This document shows positions 23,200 through 34,740 of a stretch of DNA of 44,943 bases, one piece after another. Location of the stretch: the NCBI GenBank assembly GCA_013265495.1, contig MU057833.1, positions 102,646 through 147,588 on the forward strand, given 5' to 3'. The position numbers and the translations under genes are program-made. Under the pieces are notes generated by a model. The model had not been told where the DNA came from, made no database searches, and saw only the letters and a program-made list of their open reading frames with translations. Position 1 is the stretch's first letter. Each line of letters opens with the position of its first letter. The stretch is from Vicugna vicugna. Taxonomy: Eukaryota.

Positions 23200-25184
23200 T
23201 TGTTTTTTAAGTATTAACGCACACTTCTTTTTTATTATAATAAAATCAGGCAATGGTCTGATGATAAAAAAGGCTGCTTAAGGAACACTGTTGAGTTAAA
23301 AAAAGGTGGGAACAAAAAATAAAAAAAAAAAAAAAAAACCTTAGAACATGATGAATTGCTTTTATTTCTGTATGCATCCACATCTCAGCATTAGGTGGTC
23401 CAGAACAGAAAAGTGGAAAAACGCAGCAATCTGCCAGGATGTCGAGCCCGCCAATGCTGGGGATCTGCCGTGCAGTCCGAGTTCGTCCTTAATCCCTGCT
23501 CAGGACCGTGAGAAGCAGCAGCACCAGAACCAAGGTATGCACTGAATTCGACTCTTTCTGTTCCAGTTGTCAGATTCCAAACTAGACCCAAATGGACTGC
23601 AAGGATGACCAAGTAAGGGCCCTGGTTTAAACTACCTCAATTTTTAAATGCAAAAGCAATTACAGGGAAAGAAGCCAATTCACTCAGAGGACTGTGTGTG
23701 CTCACAGGTGCCTACTGTGGCCTTTCTCCACGTTTAACCACCGAGGACTCAGAGTTCGCAGGTCTGAGCAGCCCTGGTGACTGCTCTTGTCACCTTATCA
23801 AAACCTGAGCTGAAAAAAGCATCTGCTGATGATGACAGCAGAGGGGGGCAGGCCGAGGACCCAACATGTGGTTCCCAGGCCGGTGGAGAGTAAATAAATG
23901 TGGTTCCACAACTAAATGAGGGAGGTCAGAGACTATTTCCAACCTTACCTGATGGCTTCCGGCCAAAGCAACGAAGTGTCATGGAAAGAAAGTCAGTGTT
24001 GGGTGGTGATGGGGCAAAAGGGATTTGAAGAGGAAGGAAAAGCGGTACCCCTCGATTAAGGTGGGGGGAGAAGATACGGGGAAAGCCCTGAATTTCTCAC
24101 CAAAGGCCAATTTCAGAGGGGAGCAGAGGGGGCTACTATCTATGCTTCGGCCAAGGGTGGTAGTGGAGAGTGGGAAAGGATGACGGCTCAGAAGGGGGGC
24201 ATCATTTAAGACTTAGAGAAACTAGGGGTGCAGAGCGCCCACACACACCCAGCAGTAGTCCCACAGGCTATGACCCGAAACCTTCACATCTACCCTAAGC
24301 AGCCACCCCAAGCTGGAGGGCTGCTGCAGGGAGGGAAGGAAGCAGGGGGAGGGGGAAAAGGCAGAGACCCCAGGCCATGTCGTCAGCAGCAAGGTGACTG
24401 TGTGATGTGTCCTTTCACAGCTGAGTTACATGTGCCCACCAGTTATGATGGGAATCAACTTAAATACACTTTCTTGATCCCAGAAGCTCAACCATGTGGG
24501 CAGTGGTTACACTGAACAGGAGGATCTGTTACAGGACAACTTATGTATTTCAAATGGACAAAAAACTAGTATCATTTACAGGATCGCAAGATAAAGTCCT
24601 CTGAGTGGGAGTTTCCTTTCCAGCACTTCGAGGTCTACAAGACGTGTCTAGAAAATGTACTGCTGTGGGAAATGAAGACTGCTTAAGTCGAGTGGGGAGC
24701 AAGGGAGGGCCTGTGGCTCTCCTTTGTGACGAATTGCTGTGACACTGTCCTTCGGGTGGCCGAGGGGGTTTCACGTCTCCCTTAGACGTCGCTAGGCGCC
24801 GAAGCTTCTGCAGGACAACTCTGATGCTTCGTGAATTCTGCCATTTTGCTAGCACTGACACGGCTCTTGGGTCACCAGCCCTTTAGAACTAGTAACTCCA
24901 TTCATGGTCATTTTTGTTACAAATCTTACAAAGAGGGGTGCTTCTGGGTATTTGGGTCCACATTCTGTTTTAAGGATGTATATTTGGTTTTCATAAATCA
25001 TTGTCGGAGGCCCAATTATCACTCCTGTCCATCTTATAAGTGCCGTGTCTTCGTCATCTTCTAGACCCCAGCTGACCCCTACTCCTTTCTGGCCTTCTTC
25101 GAGTTCTTCCAACAGTCGGAAATGGCAAGGGACTTTTACTCCCAAGCCCGTGGTGGCTGCCATCTTGAGTCACTGTCACTCCAC
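23200..25184 (-). pseudogene. UBE2V1: Processed (retro) pseudogene of ubiquitin-conjugating enzyme E2 variant 1, including long 3' UTR
   Basis: Intronless CDS remnant at 25163..24730: [29 protein letters not shown][---][10 protein letters not shown]...[14 protein letters not shown]..., a frameshift near 24875, then [22 protein letters not shown]...PPEGQCHSN. Minus-strand AATAAA near 23235, a short A-tail at about 23200-23208, and a candidate TSD aacagccttt (23190-23199) / aacagccctt (25185-25194). Confidence 0.95.
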
Positions 25185-25827
25185 AACAGCCCTTAAAGAT
25201 CAACAAGCACAGAAGCGAGCGTCTGGAGGAGGCGGGAACAGAGAGGAAAGGGGCCTGCAGCTGCCAAACCACCCGCTGCCCCTCCGACCAGGAGAGTGTC
25301 AGGCCTGCAGCCACGGGCCTGCCTCCCACGCCGGGCAGAAGTCTGGGAGTTAAGTGCCCTGGGGAGACAAAGTGAGCGGGCAGGGTCTGGAGACCGACAA
25401 GAACGATCCGGACACCAGGCTCTCCGGGTTCCAGTCTGGGCTCTGCCTCTCCCTACTGCCTCACAGGGTTATGGGGGATCGCACAAAACAGCCCCAGGAA
25501 AGTGCCCAGCACAGTGCAGATATCCAGTAAGTGTCACTTTTATTGTCAAATTAGGGATTAAGTAACTGACATCAGATCACTTTTTAGGGGAAAAGGCCTG
25601 TGATAATGAAACGTGTGTGCGGGCATAACCTAGGGGCAGTCAGGCAGCCCCAGTGCCGGGCGGGACAGCTTCCGCAGCGCTTCCTGCCTCTCCAGCAGCT
25701 TCTCTGATTCTTCCAGGGCCCCGAGGCCCGCCTTCTGGGAGGTGCTGGCCTCTCCATGTCAGCATGGACACACACAGTGTGTTCTATTAATATTTTATTA
25801 CTAACTTTAAATGAAGTGTGATCTATT

Positions 25828-25905
25828 AAAATACTGAATCACTATGTTGTACACCTGAAACTAATACACTGTTATAAACCAACTGTACTTCAACAAAAAA
25901 TAAAT
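25828..25905 (+). mobile_element. Short 5'-truncated LINE-1 3' end
   Basis: 'tactgaatcactatgttgtacacctgaaactaatacactgttataaaccaactgtacttcaacaaaaaataaa'. Confidence 0.75.
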
Positions 25906-26376
25906 GTGTAAAATCAGCACATTTTGGAGTTCCTGGCAATCCTCCCAATGACCACTCCGGGGATACAGCAACAGGCATTCTCCGCACGTTTATTCTCGCA
26001 TATGGTGGATGGCTATAAGCACCTGAGTGCGTTTCCTTCCCCATGTGCGATAACCATGTGGACCACGCGCTGAGCTGGTGCATCCCCACATCCAGCCTGA
26101 GGGAAGCCTGTGCGGAGGAGCTGCAGCCACGTCTTGCTAGGAGGCGACTCAGGGTTGGGAAGAGCTGCCCAAGGGGACAGGACTCCCAAGCGTGGGGCAG
26201 AGGTTCAGGCAGACCCACATGTGCAGGGGTAGCATGGGACATCTCAAGCTCAAGGATGAAAATGGGACTGATTTCCATTCTCACTGAGAGGGGAGGGTAG
26301 TGGAGGGAGATAAGCCATTAGAATGCACAGTAGAGTAACACCACGGTCAGAGCGCCGCGGACAGGGCGCTCAAGGC

Positions 26377-27066
26377 AGAGCCCAACGATATGCTCGGGAT
26401 CTAAGCATTAAATCGTGCACGTGAGCTCTATGATTCTTGTTTTACACCTGTCAACAGGCATGATTCTCAGTGCTTTGGCCTACGAAAGATACACTTGAAA
26501 GAAAAACAGAATGTACGTGTTACAGCTCTGCCCCCTAATTAATTAGGCAATGACAACTGATTGCTATCTGGAGACTAGTAGACACTGTGTAACTTCTGAT
26601 GGAAAGACACACTACCACCTCTGCAGTCGACCTACAAACTAAAACTAACAAAACAAAGCAAAACCTGAATCTGACCAAGCTCCTCTACACATCAGTTTAC
26701 ACAGAATACAAACATCATGGAGAGCCCAAAGATATGCTTGGGATCTAAGCATTAAATCGTGCACGTGAGCTCTATGATTCTTGCTTTACACCTGTTTCAA
26801 CAGGCATGATTCTCAGTGCTTTGGCCTACGAAAGATACACTTGAAAGAAAAACAGAATGTACGTGTTACAGCTCTGCCCCCTAATTAATTAGGCAATGAC
26901 AACTGATTGCTATCTGGAGACTAGTAGACACTGTGTAACTTCTGATGGAAAGACACACTACCACCTCTGCAGTCGACCTACAAACTAAAACTAACAAAAC
27001 AAAGCAAAACCTGAATCTGACCAAGCTCCTCTACACATCAGTTTACACAGAATACAAACATCATGG
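26377..27066. repeat. Near-perfect direct tandem duplication (344 bp + 346 bp)
   Basis: Copy 1 is 26377-26720 and copy 2 is 26721-27066. Both start agagccca and end aatacaaacatcatgg. By eye they differ by 3 substitutions and one 2-nt indel. Confidence 0.97.
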
Positions 27067-27924
27067 AGATATTTGAATCACTGTGGTGACAGAGATGCCA
27101 CCAGCAAATCCCAGACTGTAAGCACATCTGCAAGGAAAGCAACTTGGCTTCTTCTACAGGGAAACGGCAACAACGGATAAAAACTGATGGAGGGGAAACT
27201 ATGGATCCAAAAAGATAGAGAAACCAGTATTACGATGTCACCTTATTTGGATGCAAACAGATGATTTTTAAAAAACTGCAAGACAATCAACAGAAATGTA
27301 AACACTGATTAGACTTTTAAAGATACTGAAGATTATTGTTGATTTTAATTGTGTGATAACACTACCTGCTGCATTGCTTGTGGATGAGATGTTTGGGATT
27401 TGCTTCAGAATAATTCAGGGAATGGCCAGAAGGAATAGAGATTGAGCAAGTAAAACTGGCCTAAACTCAGAATTGTTGACGCTTAGTGACGGGTGCCTAA
27501 GAGTTCATTATCTTAATCTCTGTTTGTTAGTGTTTTTTGAAATTTCCTCTAGTTGAGGCTGGAAACATGGGTCTACAGTGGTCCGGAAAGAACCCTGGGA
27601 GAGCAGTGCTTTGACCTGCAGCAGCGGTTGGGCAGGAAGAGCTGAAAGGAGAGCCCGTGTCGTGGGAGGGCCAGGGAGACAAGGCGTGTGCTCTGGGGAA
27701 GGCGGGGTGCACGCCCTGCAACAGGGAAGCACGGTCCTCCCACCAACCTGAAGGCCACACTGTTTCCCAAACCAGCTTTTCAGTTTGATAACCTTTAACT
27801 GCTCATGACAAGTCTCCAAACCATCATCATAGCTCTAGATCAGAGCCAACAAACTGTAAAACAAAGAAGTGAATGTATTTATTCATCCAAGGGTTCGGCC
27901 TTCCCCCAAGGTCCTTGCAGTGTT

Positions 27925-28815
27925 CATCTTAGCTGTGTACCACGTTACCCCAAAGTTCAGTTAAAATCATAATAAACATGTCTGCTTCTGTGGGGCAGAA
28001 GCTGAACTGCAACTTAGCCAGCACTTCTGGCTCGGGCTCTGTCACGAGGCTGCAGAGCAGATGGCACCGGCAGCGGGGGAGATGTCCAAGGTGGCACGCA
28101 AGCTGGTGCTGTGAGCAGGGGGGCTCGGCTCATCTCTGCTCATCTCCTGGGGCCAGCGTACAAAGGCTCACGTCCTTGGTGGCTTGAAAAACAGATTTAC
28201 TGTCTCAGTGCTTGTGGCTAGAAATCTGGAATCAAGGTGTCAGCGAGGCCAGGGTCCTAAGGATCCCAGGGAGGATCTGGCCCATGCCTTTCTCGTAGTT
28301 TCTGGGGTTGCCAGCCACACTGAGCGCTCTGCCCTGCAGACACGTCGCTCCAGGCCCTGCCTCCATCCTCACACAGGCTACAGGCTCTCCCCGTGTGCCC
28401 CTGTGTCCCTCCTCCTGGTCTCCCTAGGACACCAGTCATACCGGACTATGGGCCCACACTGCCCAGGATGGCCTCACCTTAACGGCATCTGCAAAGACCC
28501 GATTTCCAAATAAGGTCACATCCTGAGGGTCTGGGAAGGACCTGAATGTGGGGTTGGGGTTGGGGTTCTTCTGTGCTCAAACAGACTACACTCTTCACAT
28601 GGGCCTCTTCACATAGCTGAGCAGTCAGAAGACAGGGCAGCGGGATTCCCCAGTGCAAGGACCCGAGAGCCCAAGGTCATTGTGTTCTGGCCAGACACCA
28701 TTTCTGCGGTATTGTGTTCAGAGGGGAAGGTCTGGACGAGGCACGGATGGCAGGAGGCAGGGGCCTTGAAGGCCACCTTGGAGGCTGCCTACATGCTTCA
28801 CATCCCTCCACCTGA
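27925..28815. mobile_element. MaLR (MLT1) LTR with a second MLT1 LTR nested at about 28170-28560
   Basis: The inner element has 'ggtggcttgaaaaacagatttactgtctcagt...ctagaaatctggaatcaaggtgtcagc...catctgcaaagacccgatttccaaataaggtcacatcctgagg'. The outer halves resemble an older MLT1 LTR. Confidence 0.7.
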
Positions 28816-29832
28816 GGAAACACACTCGGCCCCTCCCCGGGCCCCACAGACGCTCATTCCATGGCGGCGGCAGCTGTTTCTGGGCTGTGGAAGAATGAAG
28901 CTCTTCAAAGAAGGGCTTCTGTCTGAGTGGTTGTCTAAGGCATGACCCTCGAGTTTCCTCTAAACAAAACTTAATGAAGGATTCCACAGCTGCACTCCTG
29001 CCTTCGTCTTTATACCGTATTCCCGATAGACTCTGGGTGTTGTCTTTGCCTGGAAGCCGTTTCTTCATTTTAGCATCATCATAGCTCTAGACCAAAGCCA
29101 GCATCTGGGGGGCTGAGAATTTCCAGAATCAGCAAGTCCTGGCTCCTCTGTGTGTAGCGGCCTCTGGCAGCTGCTCCCTGTCACCCACTTCACGGTGAAG
29201 AGCGGGAAGCAGGCAGACAGCATCCTGAACGCTCTCCCTGGAAACCTCTCCTAAGTCTCCTGGTTCATCAAGTACATTTTCTACTTTATTGGAAGAATCA
29301 CGCGTGACAGGACTATTTTAAAAAACATTCACCATATCTGTTATACTTTCTCCCTCTCTCTCTCTCCCACTCTCTGCATGCACACACGCGCACACACCCA
29401 CCCCTGCTGCGTCATTAGAAAGTTGTAGGCATTACAACTCGTACTTCATCATGCATCTTCTAAAAATAACATGCCACGTAATCACAACAGCAGTGTCACA
29501 CCTGAGGAAACTAACAGTAACTGTAACACTGCGGTGCACCCACACTGCGCCCGGTGCCCCCGCTGACCCGGGAATGCTGTAAGTCTGTGCTGTTGTTTTC
29601 AACTGGGATCCAATCTAACTTCCTGCTCTATGTTTTGTCAATCTCTTCTAACCTAGGACAGTCCCCACCTCACCTGCTTTTGTATTTTGTCTTTAATGAC
29701 ACTGTCTGAAGACTCCAGGACTGTCATCCTATAAAGCTCCCTCATGGGTCTGTCTAATCCTCTCCCTGTGGGAACGTGTTCTGCCGTCTCCCCGCTCCTG
29801 TAGCTTGGAGGTTAGGTTTGGACTCTGGAGAC

Positions 29833-29996
29833 ACACTGTCCAACACGGTGACCATGAGCCACAGATGAATATCCGAGTTTTAGTTGGTTCAATGAAGATG
29901 AACCTACATTTTTAAATGCAGTTCCTGATCTCCCCAGCCTCGTTTCAAGTGCCCAGTATCCACACGTAGCCAGCAGCTACCATACTGACCGTGCAG
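29833..29996. mobile_element. hAT-Charlie MITE (MER3-like)
   Basis: 'cactgtccaa...gagccacagatg...tttcaagtgcccagtatccacacgtagccagcagctaccatactgaccgtgcag'. Confidence 0.65.
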
Positions 29997-32900
29997 ATGT
30001 CCCCATCACCACAGAAGCTGGTTGGGTAACACTGCTCCCAATGCCGTTACACCCAGGTTGGACGTTTCTGGGACGACTGCTTCTTAGGTGACATTTGTGG
30101 CTCCACACGGCACCACATGCAGATGCCTGGCTGGGAGTCCCGAGTGCCGAGGGACTTGTAAACTGCACACATAAGTAGCAATATCACACACCCACCCTCA
30201 CATCCTTCTCTGGTCCTGTCAGCCAGGACCTTACATCCTGTAATGGAAGGCGTTTCTAGGGAAAGTAAAAATAAAAGAATTTTAGAGATGAGAGGGAACT
30301 TTGGTATTATTTTATAAACAGCTGAGGAAACTGAGGCCCACAGAGGTTCAAGACTTGCCCAAGTTCACTGATGCTAGCTGGAAGTAGAGAATGATCTTCA
30401 ACAAGCATTTTCTTACTCCCAGCCACTAGATATTAGAGTTAAAGTACCTGGTGGCAACTGAGGTCAGTTGGTACTAACACTACTAATAGTGATCACAAAA
30501 TACTTTCTATTGAGTAGTTGTCAGTATTAGGCACCGTATTTCATCCTTAAAATTGCTTCACATGATTCTCACACCCCACGAGGAAGCATTTATAGAAAGC
30601 CTCTAACAGGAATTTATTTTTTCAGGTAATAAGAAACCTAGAATTGGTTCACCAGTTAAGTAGCTCAACCCTGTGAAAGCTGATATCTATCTGCGGTCAC
30701 CCTTGGCCTTTCCATCATGCTCACAGGGTAGCTGCTGCAGCTCCAGACATCACATCAATGATCCAAGCAAGGAGAACCTGAACATGGCAGTGCCAGTATC
30801 TCTCACGACAAAAATAAAATTTTTCCCAGAGGCCCGAGTAACTTCTACAGTACCTGTCACTGGCCAAGCCTCTACCCCTATCGCGAAGAGACTGGGGAAA
30901 TGAATACGTGGTGCAGCTCTTCTGGCTTCTGTAGAAGAGACAGGGAAGGGAAGAGGGCTGGATGAACCAAGCAACAATGGAGGTGTTGCTATCCTCACAG
31001 GTCAGATGAGGAAGCTGATGCTCAGAGTGTGAAACACCTCACCCACAGTCACCCAGCCAGTAAGCGGCCGAGATGCCTTGCGCACCAGCGCACATGACTA
31101 GTGAGGCGTGCTCACTGAGGAAAGTGATGGGGATTTTGATGCTGCCTGGGTCTGGGTGGGTTCAAATACTTCAAGGGTAGGATGTGTTTGCCCTCAGCCA
31201 GCAGGGGAGGGGTGGCCCAGACATTGATGCTGCCACCTGAATAATGACCTGAAGAAGGACGTGCAGAAGAGCAGCCTGCTGGTGCCCACAGCCATCTGGG
31301 GAGTGGACCGCTTGGAAGACGTGTACTTTATGCATGATACACATTAATGCTGTAGTTCACGTGTCTATGTACTTAATGCTATATTTCGTATTTCCCCCCA
31401 GCCTTCTCTTTTCTATGAGATCTTGGTCTTGCCAACCACACACCCTTCAGAAAGATGTTTTCTACAGTTGGTGAAACAGTCATGTAATAAATGATGCAAA
31501 TCAAACAAAAATGGGTCTTCTCATTCCTCTTCAAGTTGGCAGTTGTACATGGACTGATGATCACATGCAGTGTCAGCAAAGGCTGGCAGGACACATCAGT
31601 ACAGTCTTCCTCATGGAAATATGTGTCAAAAGCTTTTAAAAATGTACATAAAGATGCTTTGACCCAGCAATTTAAATGTAAGATTTTATTCTAAGGAAAT
31701 AAACGTGAATGGACATAAAAAATGGTCACAAGCATGCTCAGCACAGCATTATTCCTAACAGGCAAAAATCAGCAATAACTTTGGCAGAAAGGGCAAGCTG
31801 GAGAAATATATTAATATTATAAAGTTAAAAGTGAAAGTGCAACTATGTGGAAAAGCAGGGATTGTAAAAGTGAAACAGGTGATGCTGGGAGGTGCAACTA
31901 GGCAGAGATTCACGGGGGCCTCAGTTTGGTGTCCTGAGTGGGAATGTGTGTCCATCTTACTATTATATTTCATCTGCATCATCCACAGTGATGTCAACAA
32001 ACTGTGAGGCATCACAGTAAAGACTGATTTTTCACTGGAACCACCATCTTGCAGTTCGTAGGCGATCTCAGCCCGGGGCAGTCATCCAGAACGAGGCTCT
32101 GACTTTCACCGCCCAGGAGTCCCCCACCGGAGTCCCGCATCCAGGTGCCAGGGAGGGAGCTGCAGCATGACCCTGGTCCTCTGCAGCCTCCCCCCACTGC
32201 CCGCATGGCCCCACCCCACCTACACATCTTATGCAAAAGTTAGACTCATTATTCTGTGCGTAGACTATTTTGTTATTTAAAAAAGGGAAAAAATGGAATA
32301 ATCCCAAATTCAATCAGAGTTGGGTGGATTAAGTCAACTGCAGAGAAGCCTTATGGTGAGATGGTATTTAACTGTTGCAGGCAAGAGGCAGAGGGATATT
32401 TAAATGCCAGGGAAAATGCGAGAGAACAACAGGTGATGAGAGGTCCTGCGGTGTGTGTCGTCAGAGCAAAGGAACTAAAAAGCGACAGAAACCAGACTAG
32501 AAAGGACAGGTCCACTTGGCCCAGGGCAGGGGCAAGGCTCCACGGGCTTAGCTCTGCCCCCTTCAATATCCCTGCCCTTCCCCAGCCTTTTGAAAAGCTA
32601 TGAAAGCTCAGTCCCTGTGAAAGGCTCTACACTTTGGCTTTTACAGATACTGTCACTAAAACAATTTCAGTCCAAGTGGCAGTGGACTGGTGGGGGGACG
32701 TGGGTAGCCTGTTTCTCAATAATATTAAGTTATCACAGAATTGTGGTCTAGGTTCCTGCCAATTTTCTTCTTTTGAAAAAAAAGGTAGTTGGGAAAAAAA
32801 CACAATTTGATCCAAGATCTTGGATGCTGAATTTGTAGGTAATTCCAGTACACACTAATATTTCTTATGTAGGAAAATGAGTAGAAGAAAGCTCCCTAGA

Positions 32901-33279
32901 AATTCTTGGTTAAGATGGAAAGTTAAGAGTTACAATGGAACTCAACAGACCTGAGCTCCGTCCGGGGCTGCCCCTCCTTGGCTGGCCACTCAGGGCCTGC
33001 TTCTAGCACTTTAAACCCCCAGCGCCCAGTCACTGCTAAGTTCTCCTTCATTTCAAGGACTGAGCTGAGAGGCTGCTCAGTGAACCACCACTATCACAAA
33101 CACACACATATACACACACACACACCCATTCTCCACATGATCAGACGTCTCAACCCACTCTCCCAGCAGTCCATGTACTAGGTAGAAATTGTTGATTCTG
33201 ATGAGATGCTTCTATAAGTTGGTGACATAAATTAATCTGTCTAACTTGCTTTAAGCCAACAGCTGGCAGAGCACTGAAA

Positions 33280-34045
33280 AATGCTCTGGGGGGTGTGGAG
33301 AAAAGGGAACCCTCCTACACTGCTGGTGGGAATGCAGTTTGGCGCAGCCATTGTGGAAAACAGTATGGAGATTCTTTCAAAGACTAAAAATAGACTTACC
33401 ATATAACCCAGCAATCCCACTTCTGAGCATATATCCAGAAGGAACCCTACTTCAAAAAGACACCTGCACCCCAATGTTCATAGCAGCACTATTTACGATA
33501 GCCAAGACATGGAGACAGCCTAAATGTCCATCAACAGGTGACTGGATAAAGAAGATGTGGTGTATTCATACAATGGAATACTATTCAGCCATAAAAACCG
33601 ACAACATAACGCCATTTGCAGCAATATGGATGTCCCTGGAGAATGTCTTTTTAAGTGAAGCAAGCCAGAAAGAGAAAGAAAAATATCATATGATACTGCT
33701 AATATATGGAATTTAAAAAAAATGAAAGAAGACAAGTGAACTTAAATATAAAACAGACACAGAATCATAGACATAGAAAACAAACTTGCGGTTGCCAGGG
33801 GGTGGGAAGGGAAAGACTGGGAGTTCGAGATTTGTAGATGCTCACAGGTATATATAGAGCAGATAAACAAGTTTATACTGTATAGCACAGGGGAAATATA
33901 TACAAGATCTTGTAATAGTTCATGGTGAAAAAGAATATGAAAATGAATGTATGTACGTTTATGCATGACTGAAAAATTGTGTTGTACACCAGAAATTGAC
34001 ACATTATAAACTGACTTTGCCTCAATACAAAATAATAATAAATTA
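33280..34045 (+). mobile_element. Relatively young LINE-1 3' end (ORF2 C-terminus plus 3' UTR)
   Basis: ORF 33339..33716 reads [28 protein letters not shown]...CTPMFIAALFTIAKTW.QPKCP...WIKKMW..HTMEYYSAIK, the L1 ORF2 C-terminus. It is followed by an L1 3' UTR and an A-rich tail. Confidence 0.95.
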
Positions 34046-34589
34046 CAACACAGTTCTTGGATCATTGTACTCAATCATAATAGTCAATACAGCTCTGTAA
34101 AAACCAGTTCACAGCTTCCATGTCCAAGAAAGGAAACTCACAGGCAAGGATCACCTACTGTGTGCCACGTACCACTGAGGTGCTGCACACCTGCTCAGCC
34201 TGGCTCCTTCTACGTGACTAGAGGTTTGGGGTTGGGGGAAAGTAGGAGACAGGCTACAGCCTGTGGTCTTGGAACTGGTGATGCGACATGGGGAGAGCCG
34301 TGAAGCTGATGAAGAAAATGATGAAGTCCGAGTCCCAAGTGATGAGTCCTCTGGAGTAAGGAGTAGCCCCAAGCCCTCAGTTGAGGGCCACGAAGGGAGA
34401 CATGCACGGAAGGAGAAGGTCTGGATGCATAATGAAGGTTTTATAACTGCTGCTGCCCAGTGAGTCCCAGAGGGTAACTATGAGCACTGAGAAAGGAGAA
34501 AGGCTCCTCCAAAGAGTATCTTTAGCTCAATTTGTGGGAGGGGGCGCAGGGGGCATCAGGCACCAAATGAGTGCAATTACATGTGCTAT

Positions 34590-34740
34590 CGCAATCCTCA
34601 CAACAGCCCTCTGAGAGTTACTATCCCCATCTTCCACATGTAAAAACTGAGATTCAGGAAGGCTAAGTAACTTGCCCAGCTTTACACATCCAGAACACAT
34701 TCCTAGGCCTGACTCCAAAGCCAGTATTCTTTCTACAACA
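34590..34740. mobile_element. MIR SINE
   Basis: 'aatcctcacaacagccct...atccccatcttccacatgtaaaaactgagattcaggaaggctaagtaacttgccca'. Confidence 0.75.

Noticed and set aside
23314..23338. Plus-strand poly(A) tail of a separate retro-insertion
   Set aside because: No plus-strand element or TSD is evident. It is more simply a U-tract inside the minus-strand UBE2V1 3' UTR, though this was not verified by alignment.
31900..32230. Coding-looking unique sequence
   Set aside because: The frames I translated by hand hit stops or gave no recognisable protein, and I saw no convincing splice-site pair.
34151..34463. Acidic or Ser-rich ORFs on both strands
   Set aside because: No recognisable homology. The minus-strand end resembles an L2/MIR terminus (gcacacagtaggtg).
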